Shown here piece by piece: positions 1 to 13,313 of a stretch of 64,000 nt of DNA. Under the pieces are notes generated by a model, which worked only from the letters and a program-made list of their open reading frames with translations, made no database searches and was not told the DNA's origin. This stretch comes from Octopus vulgaris (Eukaryota): contig OX597819.1 of the NCBI GenBank assembly GCA_951406725.2, forward strand, positions 15,996,001 to 16,060,000, given 5' to 3'. Every line of letters begins with the position of its first letter. Position 1 is the first letter of the stretch. Position numbers and translations under genes: made by a program.

Positions 1-149
1 TTGACTATAACAAGCTATTTGTTATAGAGGTGAAAAAATGTCAAAAGTTTACGCGAAAATTATGGGTATGGGAAGTAATTTTGACACCTTAATATTTATA
101 AGTGTCACTCAAACAGTATGGTTGACATATTGCGGTGAAATTTTCAAGG

Positions 150-1000
150 ATATGAATTTCATGTGTTTATTTCATATTTTATCCTTGCACGAGAGTATAA
201 CATTTTTTCAAGTGTAAAAAGTGTCAAATATTAGACTGGAGTTCTAGGATACAAATGGCGTCAAGACATTCTATGAGATATGTTTCTATCTTTTAAATTC
301 CAAATATGCATTGCTAATGAATTATCAAATTTTCTATGAACGTTCCTAAAAGTATAATTATGTTGATTGAATCTGAGATAAATGTGTTAGCAGTTAAGCC
401 AATATATATATAATACCATTCAGATGGGGATACGATTTAGCAGTTACTTGATACTTGTCCAGTTTAGCTTGGTAATTTGTCTTGAACTGGGCAAAAATGA
501 AATCTGAGTCAGTTTCAAGTTTAGTTAATGCAGGTTTATAAAAATTAATTTTATCATTTTCTTAGTGTTAATTAAGAACTTTGTAATCTCGAAATCCATT
601 ACTGTCAAGTAATTTAGTTCAGGTTAATTTCCGGGAAATATTTTTCACTTATATAACTTTAAAGGAAATGTGTACAAGTTTTAAGAATATTTTATAAACA
701 GGGATGTAACCAAAAATAGAACAAGGATAGGTTTATATCATCCTCATTAACAACCCGTCTTTATGTATTGGATAGATTTAATATATGAAATAGTTTCTTT
801 CAAAACACTTTGATTGGATTGCTACTTTATTAAACGAGGCTTCATCGTAACAGATGGTGGGCAGGAGTTCTGCTGAAATTCTTTAGTAAGTTCGTACAAA
901 TACATGGAGGCTGGTAGAATTTTTAGTAGTTTTCTCATGCAACTGCTCAAGGGAATGTTAATAGCTTCGACCTAAGCAGTTCCAAACAGACTGTAAAGGT
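150..1000 (-). mobile_element. Degenerate Penelope-like retroelement 3' part (linker + GIY-YIG endonuclease)
   Basis: Manual minus-strand translation gives FWLHP..IFLKLV (cf. IWFNPP..FLKLI), YIYIGLTANTF..FNQHNYTFRN (~340-410) and NSLAMHIWNLKDRNI (~280-325), typical of PLE linker/GIY-YIG; frameshifts and stops present; boundaries approximate. Confidence 0.75.
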
Positions 1001-1065
1001 TTAGGACCCAGCTCCTTCCTGAAAAAAAACCCCTCAAAAACCCACAGACGCGTAAATACAGTGAG

Positions 1066-1107
1066 ACACACTTATAACACACACACACACACACACACTC
1101 ACACTCA

Positions 1108-1140
<33 letters not shown>

Positions 1141-1219
1141 GCATATACATACACCAATACATGAACACGTGATGGTAGAACAGATCTCTACCAACACATG
1201 TCATACAGCAACAACAATA

Positions 1220-1282
<63 letters not shown>

Positions 1283-1283
1283 G

Positions 1284-1318
<35 letters not shown>

Positions 1319-1444
1319 ACTGCGGCTGCTCTTGCTACCGCAAGATTAACATACAAACAAGTAGCATCAACTACCACCATCGCCAGCATCACTCTTACTG
1401 CCAAGACCATTACCACTATCAGCACCACAACCAGCAGTGTCTCT

Positions 1445-1477
<33 letters not shown>

Positions 1478-1680
1478 ACGGCACAAAAAGTACCACCACC
1501 TGTATCACGACAACGACGACGAATCCTCATCTTCTAATCATCATTAATAACATCATAGACTCCACAGCATCATCTTCCATCAAGCTCTCCACCATCACCA
1601 CCACCACCACCACCACCACCACCACCGCCACCAAAAAGCCCCTGCCACTCTCACCATTGCCACCACACCCCCGCCACCAT
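1066..1680. repeat. Compound microsatellite (CA)n, (CTA)n, (CTG)n, (CCA)n
   Basis: Directly visible repeats; they explain the poly-T/A/P ORFs. Confidence 0.95.
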
Positions 1681-1871
1681 TGCAATAGCAACAGCAAGGG
1701 AGTGGCCGTGTGAAGAGGGGTGGGAAGAGATGCCAACAACCAACTGAATGTTCCCATTTCTATCAAGTGTAATCTCTTGCCCCCTCCTCTTACTACCACT
1801 CACCTCAGCTCCTCCGTGAGGTGACCACCTGCAACCTATTAACTGACTTAGACATTTCACATGCATCTCTA

Positions 1872-1930
<59 letters not shown>

Positions 1931-1987
1931 ACACACATACTTATAGCATCACATGCACAGCAATAATGTCCTTATGTGAATATATGC

Positions 1988-2020
<33 letters not shown>

Positions 2021-2343
2021 TGTATGTATGTATGTATGTATGTATGTATACACGCACGTATGTACACACACACACGCACACATTTATATATGTGTGTGTG
2101 TGTGTGTGTGTGACTATATGGCTGTGAATACATTCTAGGAAGTTTGTGCGTTTAGGCATGTGTGCGCGCGTGAGTGTGAACGTGCGCAGGATATGTAAAA
2201 AGCGAGAAGAGAAAAAGAAAAAAAAAACAAGACTTAAAGAAGGAAATCACAAAGTTATATAAACAAACTGGATTGGTGTGTGAAAGGGAAGATTGTTAAG
2301 CAAGATGTGATGATCAGGTGTGAAATTGACAATGGTGTGTGAT

Positions 2344-2400
<57 letters not shown>

Positions 2401-2772
2401 GAGAGAGAGAGAGGAGAGAGAGAGAGGGAGAGAGAGAGGAGAGAGAGAGGGAGAGAGGGAGAGAGGGAGGGAGAGAGAGAAAGGGAAGAGTGAGTGGTAA
2501 GAGGGGACTGACAAGGAGTGATAGAGGAGAGAGAGAGAGAGAGAGAGTAAGAGAAAGAGTAAGAGAAAGAAGAGAGCGAATAAGTAAAGGAAAAGAGAGA
2601 GAGATTTAGAAAAGGGGAGAGAGAAGGGGAATTACACAAAGGGAGAGCTACATAGATAAATGGATAGCTAGATAGATAGAGAGAGAAAGAGAGAGAGAAA
2701 GAGGGGAGAGAATGAGAGAGTTGGAGAAAGGGAGAGAGTGGGAGAAAAGGAGCGCTATATAGAAAGATAGAC

Positions 2773-2819
<47 letters not shown>

Positions 2820-2820
2820 A
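2344..2820. repeat. Long (GA)n polypurine tract
   Basis: About 480 bp almost entirely purine on the + strand. Confidence 0.95.
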
Positions 2821-2873
2821 GCAGATTGAAGGATAGCTATGTATATAATATATAATTTGATAAAAGTATCAAA

Positions 2874-2913
<40 letters not shown>

Positions 2914-3121
2914 TTGTGTAGATACATATGTAGATATATATGTATGTAGTCATCTGATTATCGATGTAGATATCTATAATCTATAATCATATGTGTGTAT
3001 ATATCCATCGATTTATTTATGTATCATTCTGTCTACTTTTCAATATAAGTATCTATATACCTACCCACATATCAAGCTACGCACCTGTATATATATATAT
3101 ATGTTATATGTGTGTGTCATG

Positions 3122-3202
<81 letters not shown>

Positions 3203-3229
3203 CATATATACATATATATATACATATAT

Positions 3230-3421
3230 AGGGAGAATTCACGAAAAAAACAAAAAACGAAGACAGGTGGTGTAGAAAACAAACAGATGTATTAGTATAA
3301 CGCTCGGGAATTGAAAAAGTCTTTAACGTTTCGAGCCTACGCTATTCTACAGAATGGAACACAGAAAGAAACACGGAGAGAAACAAACAGAGAAAAAATG
3401 TGTGTAGTGGCTACCGATCTA
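3230..3421 (-). mobile_element. Short (TA)n-associated element carrying a HHR-like motif (family H1)
   Basis: Homologous to 10560-10730, 19170-19410 and 48050-48220; minus strand has CTGTAGA..GCGTAGGCTC-GAAACGTT at 3321-3356. Confidence 0.7.
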
Positions 3422-4255
3422 TTAGCTGGTGTACCCGGTAATCCCCGGGGGTAAAAATGTTCTATTGAAACGCCTTATTACTCCGATATACGAAAGCAAT
3501 TTCTTTATAACTGCCAACAAACGTGTATTTTCCGTCACGAAAAAGTACAAAAAAAAGTACAATTTCTCCCTCCTGTCCGCTGGAGGAGGGAGAAATTGTT
3601 AGAGGTTGGCGAGAGAGGTTTTCGGATGTTGGCGAGAGGCAAAGACATTATTCTGCTTAGTGAAGGCATCTGGGAAATGTATAACTGCTGTCATTCACAG
3701 AAAAAAACTATTGTTTTACTGTGAGAAAAGCACTGTTGAAGTGTTACGTGAAATTTGGCAATCGAAGATGTAACCCAGGCAATGCATGCATGAAGCCACT
3801 ACTAATACGTTGTGGAATAAAAAAAATATCTACAGTCATAGAAAAAGTGTAACTTTAAAAATGCAGAATTATCAGTGTAATGGAAAGTCAGAAAAGTATG
3901 TATGTATAGAAATGTATGAATGAAGTCTTTAAGGTTTACGATTCAAATTAAGGAAGTACAATAATAATGTTTAGCAGTTCAAAACTGTGAGTAGTGAAAG
4001 GCAGAATTAGGTCGACTGATCATCAGAACCAAATATTGATCGCTTCGCTAAAACCTGCAGGTAGTATGGGTTATTTCCCTTGGGTTGTTTAAATAAAATA
4101 TTAGTAATATGTAGCAGATACAATGATCCATTGGAAGGGCCTTATTATCGATTTTTTCAACAATCTAAGTATGTCACGAGGTCTCCAGACATGAGTTATA
4201 CTCACGTGTCGAGTTTCATCAAAATCAATAAAACGATGTAGGAGGAGTTAGCTGC
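3422..4255 (-). mobile_element. Non-autonomous Helitron-like element (degenerate)
   Basis: Minus strand ends with hairpin CCCGG-GGATTA-CCGGG, then CTAA|T; contains GTTTCATCAAAATC, also present in the Helitron at 41150-41526; 5' boundary approximate. Confidence 0.55.
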
Positions 4256-4444
4256 TGTAATCATCGGAAGTAAGCTAGAACGTTAAGACTTAGTGCGTAT
4301 GCACAGCAGAGTCAATCTGTACAAAGCGGCTTCACTCTCCGTGCTTTAGCTTTGTTACTATGGCAACAGTCCAGATACTTATTGATCAAACCATGTATAT
4401 AAATGTATGAATGTATGCATGCGTTTATGTATTCATATATTCTT

Positions 4445-4680
4445 TTATTCTTTTATTCTTTTATTTGTTTCAGTCATTTGACTGTAGCCATGCTGGGGCA
4501 CTGCCTCTAGTCGAACAAATCGACCCCAGAACTTATTCCTTGTAAGCCCAGTACTTATTATATCGGCCTCTTTGCCGAACCGCTAAATTTACAGGGACGT
4601 AAACACACCAGCATCAGTTGTCAAGCAATGGTGGGGGGACAAACACAGACGCGCAAACATACACACACACACACACATAT
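4445..4680 (-). mobile_element. SINE family A, 3' half
   Basis: Reverse complement matches the 3' half of 6189-6583. Confidence 0.85.
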
Positions 4681-5237
4681 ACACACAATATTCAATAGTT
4701 AATTCTTGACTTCTTCACTAGGAAAACCAATAAATATCTATTTAAAAAAACTTCCTAAAGAAAATCCTGGTCAAGATGTATGTGTATGTACATTCAGAAT
4801 TACCAGATAAGGAGCTATATTCTATTTCAAATTAATATTTAAACTTTCTTAAACGTCATCTATCATACCCCTATGTTTCTAAGTAAATTCGAAGTTAGAA
4901 CTACCAAGTGAGATTGATTAATAGTTTAAATAGGTTTTATTTTATTTAAGCACTTCAGAAAAGTCAATAATCCACCGACAATCTAGGTATTATATGTTGC
5001 ATTAATTATCTAAAAACAGCTAGATAAATTTAAAAGAAAGAAACTCCTGTAAACTCCTGTAAAGATATATTTAAAGGGGACCGCTTACGTGATTATCGTA
5101 AAATTTAATAAAAGTAATATTGAGCTACACTTTGTATTGAAGAAAAGTTTCTTTAAAACAATAAAAAAGTTATGTTCTCGATATATTTGCTTACAGCGAA
5201 ATTATTATGTATTTCCTAAAAGGGAAGAGCGAAAACT

Positions 5238-5319
<82 letters not shown>

Positions 5320-5557
5320 TATATACATATATACATATATGTATGTACATACCTATATATATATATATATAAAAACGTAGACAAAATGAGAAACAAGAAC
5401 ATAAAAAACAAAAACATAGAAAACGAACTTTTTTTCGAAGAATGTAAGAAACAAACCAACAGAGAAACGAGACAGGCAACATAAAGAACATTCCCTTCAT
5501 CAGTTGTTCCCTGTTTTATCTACTCCGCGTTTCTAAATTTAAAAAATTTAAATTCTA

Positions 5558-5624
<67 letters not shown>

Positions 5625-5723
5625 TATATATTATATTAATTATATTTATATTATTTGTTATTTATGTATTGGTTTATGTCTATCACTGTTTGAGTTGTCT
5701 AATAGTGGTTTTATCTCTAATTC

Positions 5724-5800
<77 letters not shown>

Positions 5801-6188
5801 CAATACAAAAATGGGACAAGAGCGCAAAACATCCAGACAGTTAGGTGAAACAAAAAAAGGAAAAACAAAATATCCAGACAGACGATTCAAGGAAAACAAG
5901 GAGTTGAGTTCAGGATTATCCTTGCAATTTCAGCTGATTATACTCGAGATTGCTCCAATCTGGTCAGCCCCAAGGAAAAGATAAGCTAAGAGCATTACAT
6001 TCCTTGGAAGAAAGAAGCGAATATATACGATACACACACGCACACACACATTAAATACATATATACATACATGTATATATATATACATATATAGGTATAT
6101 AATTTTTGCATATATATATATATAATATATAGACAACATCCATAAACATAGATATATAAATATTTATGTATATATGATTATATTTATA

Positions 6189-6583
6189 GGCGCAGGAGTG
6201 GCTGTGTGGTAAGTAGCTTGCCTACCAACCACATGGTTCTGGGTTCAGTCCCACTGCGTGGCATCTTGGGCAAGTGTCTTCTGCTATAGCCTCGGGCCGA
6301 CCAATGCCTTGTGAGTGGATTTGGTAGACGGAAACTGAAAGAAGCCTGTCGTATATATGTATATATATGTATGTAAATGTCTGTGTTTGTCCCTCTAGCA
6401 TTGCTTGACGACCGATGCTGGTGTGTTTACGTCCACGTCACTTAGCGGTTCGGCAAAAGAGACCGATAGAATAAGTACTGGGCTTACAAAGAATAAGTCC
6501 CGGGGTCGATTTGCTCGACTAAAGGCGGTGCTCCAGCATGGCCGCAGTCAAATGACTGAAACAAGTAAAAGAGTAAAAGAGTA
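6189..6583 (+). mobile_element. tRNA-derived SINE family A, full length
   Basis: Head GGCGCAGGAGTGGCTGTGTGGTAAG..GGTTCAGTCCC (A/B-box-like), internal (TA/TG)n, tail ATGACTGAAACAAGTAAAAGAGT; about 14 copies in the window. Confidence 0.9.
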
Positions 6584-6594
6584 ATTTAAGTTCT

Positions 6595-7735
6595 TAAGAG
6601 AGTTCACGCCAATCACTAAGAAAACGGCAAGACGTTTTTTTTTTGAGTTAAGAGAGTTCGCGGTGTTTGTAAGGTACTGACCATCACTAACAACGTGTTT
6701 CTGTTCACATAAGAATCTCAGTTGGAGAATGTTTGGAATGTCTTACAAATCTTCATTGTGCCACTAATGGATAGGATTTAGAGAATGCGTGTCTGTTTCT
6801 TTTCATCAGACTCATGCAACTATGACAACAGGTACAAATGAGAATCCATCGTCAGAACTGTAAGTTCCGCATTGATTCCCCAGAAATGTTCTCTTTTTCT
6901 TGCACTTTTGATGGTACATTCACATCTGCTAAGCAGCTGACCTCTACAACAGGGCATTTGTTCCCTGTCCAACAGAACAATATCAGGTCTGCTTGCATCG
7001 AATGCATATTTTATTGGAGTGTTCTGCCAGCATTCCTTGTTCCCACATGTCTCTGATGCAAACGTCAGGGGCCATCCTTCCTGCGGATAGCATTGTAAAT
7101 AGTCTTTGTAACTATATCTTGCCTCGGGGGCAGGTAGTATCTCGTAGACATTTTGGGGCAACTACTGATGATGTGGGTAATATCTTCCACATTGGTATAA
7201 CAGAGCCGACATTTTTAATCAAAACGTGGAGGTTTGATGGTTTCTTTGTCTTAGAAGCTATCTGCTGTTCCTACGTAGCGAAAGCATATCCTTCTAGTTT
7301 GGATGTAATGTATCTATCGCAGGTCCAGAAGCCATTCTTATTCCCAATGCTGTTGTTGCCTTCTAGCTTACGGAATATAAACCATGCGTTGTATCTTTTT
7401 TTTTTGCTAGTTCGATGTCTGCTTTTCCTCCAAGCTTCTGTTTAGGTAGGCCAGTCCAGCCTCCTTTGGATCGCATGAGACAGCTGTTTTCTGAGAGTAC
7501 CTGCACAGTAGCTCTTCTCCAACTCTGATGATATTGTTGCTCTCATTTTTTGTAAATGCATGGAATGTACTCGTTTCTTTCTTTACTGTTCAGCAGGTGT
7601 TGTCTGAGTGATACAATGCGACATTCAAAAGGTGTTTAGGCTGACCTTATGCCTCTACCACCATCACTTCGTCTCATATAAATCATAACTGTGTCACTGT
7701 TAAATGTAGAGGTTGTTAGCGATGGTCAGTACCTT
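6595..7735 (-). mobile_element. Degenerate RLE-type non-LTR retrotransposon 3' part
   Basis: Minus strand LYMRRSDGGRGIRS (post-RT motif) and ASRPDIVLLDREQ (PD motif of restriction-like endonuclease); many stops. Confidence 0.7.
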
Positions 7736-8172
7736 ATGTATGTATGTATGTATGTATGTATGTATGTATGTATGTATGTATGTATGTATGTATGTATGTA
7801 TGCATGCATGTATGTATGTATGTATGTATGTATGTATGTATGTATGTATGCATGTATGTATTTATCTATAATTACATATTTACACATGCGCATACGTATG
7901 TGTATACATACATACATGCATACATACATGCATACATACATACATACATACATACATACATACATGCATGCATGCATACATACATACATACACACGTACG
8001 TACATACATACATGCATACATACATACATACATACATACATACATACATGCATGCATACATACATACATACATACATACATACATGCATACATACATACA
8101 TACATGCATACATACATACATACATACATGCATACATACATACATGCATGCATGCATACATACATACATACA

Positions 8173-8207
<35 letters not shown>

Positions 8208-8220
8208 GTATATGTATATA
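7736..8220. repeat. Inverted pair of tetranucleotide arrays (TATG)n / (CATA)n
   Basis: Directly visible. Confidence 0.95.
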
Positions 8221-8309
8221 AATATGGAAACATAAATATGGAGCTATGTTGGTAACTATGTTTATAAGCCAAGAGATCGATTGATTACACGCATGCGCCT
8301 CTGCTCATA

Positions 8310-8510
8310 TGCTTTATCTTGTACATGTTCCAGTCATTATGCTGCGGCCATGCTGGGGTACCAAGTTGATGGATTTAGTCGGACGAATCGACCCGAGTCC
8401 TTATATTTTTAATCCTGCTGTTAATTCTACCATCTCTTTTGCCGAACCTCTAAGTTAGGGGGACGGGAACTCTCAAATACAGGTTGTCAAGCGGTGGTAA
8501 GGGACACACA
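8310..8510 (-). mobile_element. SINE family A, old diverged 3' half
   Basis: CAGTCATT..GCGGCCATGCTGG..TTTGCCGAACC similarity to family A. Confidence 0.75.
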
Positions 8511-8636
8511 CACAAACACACGCACACAGACAAAAAGACAGACGCACACATACACAGACACACACATGTGAGTAGTTATATGCATGTATATATAACTGTG
8601 AGCTCGTGTATGAGTGTGTACTGTGTGTGTGTGTGT

Positions 8637-8680
<44 letters not shown>

Positions 8681-9405
8681 TAATGTGTCATGAGGGATTC
8701 GTCGTTTTGATTCTCTGTGTCAGTATGTTTGTATGCGTTTGTGTGAGTGTGTGCGTATACGTGTGTGTGTGTATGTGAACGCTGGCACCAGTGTGTATAA
8801 TATCTGTGTGTGTGTGTATGGATGTATATGTGTATAGATATATATGTGTGTGTGTGTGTATGTTTCAGCTTTAGTTTTAGAGCGCTGGTATGTTTGTCAG
8901 TATCACTGTGTATGTGCGTGTGTGTGTGTATGTGTGTGTGTGTATGTGTGCGCGCCTATGTGCGTGCATATGTGTGTGTACATATGTGTGTGTGTGTGTG
9001 TGTGTGTCTATGGTAGGAGAAGTGAGAGGAATAATGTGGACTATTATTGTGACAATCCTGTCAACACCTGCTCTGGCTTATGTAAGTACACTCGCTCTAC
9101 TCATCTCGTTCTCTTGCTCCCTCCCTCCCTCTCTCTCTCCCTTCCCTCAGTCCGTCCCTCCCTCCATTCCTCTCTCTCTCTCTCTCTCTTTATATCACAG
9201 GTTCTGTCCATCTGCGTATGTTCCAGAATGCACGAGCGTGTGTAAGTGCATGCTTGTGTGTTGCTGTGCACTTCAATGTGTTCACATGGTATTACTGCGT
9301 GTTTGTATGCAAATAGTCATGCACTCCCACTCGGTCACTCTCTACCTATCTTTCTATCTATGTCTGACTGTCTTTATGTCTGTCCATCTGTCTATTTACC
9401 TATAC

Positions 9406-9441
<36 letters not shown>

Positions 9442-9477
9442 GTATATATACACACACACACATATATATATACATAC

Positions 9478-9530
<53 letters not shown>

Positions 9531-9535
9531 CATAC

Positions 9536-9566
<31 letters not shown>

Positions 9567-9949
9567 CATATATATATATATACATATATATATATACATG
9601 CATATACATACTCACACACATATATATACATACATTTGCATACACACACACATATATATATACATATTACATGTATACACATGAAAGTATGCTTATTTTA
9701 CACACACACACACATACATACATATATAGATAGATACACTAGGAACGTGTGTATATGCGTGCCTATGAATAAATGTATTTACATTCATATGTATAAATAC
9801 ATGTATGCACATGTGTGCATGTTTGGATATGTGTATATACAAATAAATGGATGATCGCGCTACTGTTATGGTTTGTTTACATTGAAAACCTTCAGACGAT
9901 AAGACAGACATGTCTGCATAAAAATACAAACTTTTACAATTTCTTACCC

Positions 9950-9985
<36 letters not shown>

Positions 9986-10206
9986 ATATATTCTGTGTAA
10001 ACATCCATAAATGTGTTAACATAGATGGTGTCCAGTATTTGAACACTTGGGAGGACGTGTGGTCAAGATGGCGTTGTTAGTTCTATGCTCGAAGACAGCA
10101 AATATTTGACAGTAGCTGCACTTCATGGGAATCGATAGCCGCCTCTGTTGCAGCTGCAGATTGTGATTTTTGTAGCCATGAAAAGCATAAGAATATTGGC
10201 CAAAAC

Positions 10207-10241
<35 letters not shown>

Positions 10242-10602
10242 TTATAATAAGTGTAGCTGGCATACGAGGGGGTATATATTTATAAAAAAGAAGTTTGAAA
10301 ACGCCACTATATAAGATAAATTACAATTTTCTTAGAGATTTTACATGTTTCGGTTCTTCTTTAAAAAACGAGCCTTATCAAAAATATTTTTAAAAGTTAA
10401 GTGTAATAAAAAAATTCATAATTGTTTCTTAATAGTCCCAACAGAGTCCACGTGGTGGTGTTTTGTGGGGGGGGGAGCATAATGGCTGTCTTGTGTGTTG
10501 ACTAGATTCGTTGGCTGTAATTGTGAAAATAACCAGCGGCCGAAATAGCACTGCTATCTTTTTCATTTTTTTCATTCTCTCTCTGTTTATTTTCTCTTAT
10601 TC

Positions 10603-10638
10603 CTTTCTGTTGAAGAGCGTAGGCTCGAAACGTAAAAG
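10603..10638 (+). ncRNA. Minimal type I hammerhead-like motif, U6 variant (family H1)
   Basis: CTTT CTGTTGA A GAGC GTAG GCTC GAAA CGTA AAAG: stem I CTTT/AAAG, stem II GAGC/GCTC, palindromic ACGT stem III, GUA site. Confidence 0.65.
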
Positions 10639-10723
10639 ACTTTTTCATTTTCCCGGGCGTCAAACTAATACACTTGCTTGTTATTCATACAACTTTCTTC
10701 ATCTTTTGTTTTTCTATAAATTT

Positions 10724-10834
<111 letters not shown>

Positions 10835-10920
10835 TGTAGAAGGTTGAAAAGGAACACACGAGTTGATATATATGGAAAAAAGTCAAGGTAGAACAAACTA
10901 AAATAATTTTATAAAAAACA

Positions 10921-10963
10921 TTTCAGTACCGGTTTCAGTCATTGAGACTTTTTCAACTGCAAA
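10921..10963 (-). ncRNA. Minimal type I hammerhead motif with U3-A8 core
   Basis: Minus strand: TTTGCAG TTGAAAA AGTC TCAAT GACT GAAA CCGG TA CTGAAA. Confidence 0.6.
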
Positions 10964-11889
10964 GATGGAAAGCAATTGAATTTTGGAAAAATTAAAAGAA
11001 AAGTTTTTTTCAAATACAAGGGGCATTTTCCTTGTTTCTGCCTGTCTCTGTCTTTCTTGTTTACTCTCGTGGGTTCGAGGTCGTTGTGAATTCTTGGTAG
11101 GGAAGAAGGAGAAGGAGAAGAAGAAGAAGAAGAAGAAGAAGAAGAAGAAGAAGAAGAAGAAGAAGAAGAAGAAGAAGAAGAATGTGGGAGTGCCATGATA
11201 GTAGTATGTTAAATGGTTAAGTGCCCTGAAAGTGACCCGTTGTGGATGGTAGTAGTGATTGAATTCTTGAGACATCTCTTTCGAATATTTTGTTTATAAA
11301 ATTTCCGTGGGTGTTATTCTAAATAGCAATAGTGGTAAAGTTAGGAAGGATGTGGCGGAGAGGAAGAAGACGAAGAAGAAAGAAGAGGGAGAATAAGAAG
11401 GAATGTAGGTAATATGATAGTAGTAGGGTGTTAAATGGTCAAGTGACCTAAAAGTGATTCGTTATGGATTATAGCAGTGATTGGGACTGTTTTTTAAATG
11501 AATTCTTGGGAATCTCTTGAGTGTATAAAATTTGCAAAAATTTACAAACTGCGGGAAAATATCTTAAAATTTAAAGGTTGCTTCACATTGGGAGCCACAC
11601 GAACAAATTTTGGAGCTCAAAAATAACATCGGTAAATATCGAAGAACTTTGCAAAATTTACAATCGTTTTTAATCGATATAAAAAAAGTAAAATATAGGG
11701 GTATTAATTCAAATTTTTATAAAATATTGTAAAACACCGAAAGAAAAAACCAAACAAAAACATAACTAAAGTAATCGCAAAATAGCAAAATATGAATGAA
11801 AAAATGTTAAAAATATTGCAAAAACATTAAAAAACAGAAAAAATTAGAGTGTTTCTGGTTTTATTAAAATTGTAATGTTTGTTATGCTT

Positions 11890-12363
<474 letters not shown>

Positions 12364-12481
12364 TATGTGTGTGTGTGAGTGTGTGTTTGTGTGTGTGTGA
12401 CTGTGTGTTTGTGTGTGTGTGTGTGTGTGTGAGTGTGGGAGTGAGTGTGTGTGTGGATCTATGTGTGCATGTCTTTGCACC

Positions 12482-12690
12482 TGTGTTTGTCCCCCATCCC
12501 CGTTTGACAACCGGTGTTGATGTGTTTATGTCCCCGTAAGTTAGCGGTTCGGCAAAATAAACCGATAGAATATTACTAGGCTTAAGAAATAAATCCTGGG
12601 CTCGATTTGTTCGACTAAAACCCTTCCAGGCGGTGCTCCAGCATCATAGTCGCAGTCAAATGATTGAAACAAGTAAAAGAATAAAAAAGA
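12482..12690 (+). mobile_element. SINE family A, 3' half
   Basis: TTGACAACCG..GGCGGTGCTCCAGCAT..GAAACAAGTAAAAG. Confidence 0.85.
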
Positions 12691-12814
12691 AAGGAAAAGA
12701 CAATACGTTAAACATTGCGCAAGTTAACAAAACATGAAAATTCTGAAACATTTTACGTTGCGCATCAGAAGCAAAACAACGAATATATTACGTAACAATA
12801 TCAGAATATTTTTA

Positions 12815-13210
12815 AGGCGGGGGGAAGTTGGCAGAAACGTTAGCACGCCGGGCGAAATGCGTAGCCGTATTTCGTCTGTCGTTACGTTCTGAGTTCATAT
12901 ACCGCCGAGGTCGACTTTGCCTTTCAACCTTTCGGGGTCGATAATTTAAGTACCAGTTACGCACTGGGGTCAATGTAATCGAGTTAATCCGTTTGTCTGT
13001 CCTTGTTTGTCCTCTCTATGTTAAGCCCTTTGTGGGTAGTAAAGAAACAGGTATCTCGCCTGTCTTTATGTTCTGAGTTCAAATTCTGCCGATGTCGACT
13101 TTGCCTTTCATCCTTTCAGGGTCTAAAAATGAAATTCCAGTTGCGTACTGGGGTCGATCTAATCGCCTCCCCCCAAATTTCAGGCCTTGTGCCAAGAGGA
13201 GAAAAGAATA
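12815..13210 (+). mobile_element. SINE family B, dimer (head-body-tail1-body-tail2)
   Basis: Head TGGCAGAAACGTTAGC..GAGTTCA; body GTCGACTTTGCCTTTCA present twice, with two different tails. Confidence 0.85.
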
Positions 13211-13313
13211 TTTCTAAATTCAGATTGCCGCCTTAAAATATAGCAAAATATTGCAAATGAATTAAACAACATCGCAAGAGAGAGAGCAAACATTGTAAAA
13301 TATTGTAAATTAT

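Noticed and set aside
5915-5975. GGCTG..CAGCT-GAAA element (related copy near 62990-63045) as a HHR
   Set aside because: No CUGANGA-like box upstream of the stem.
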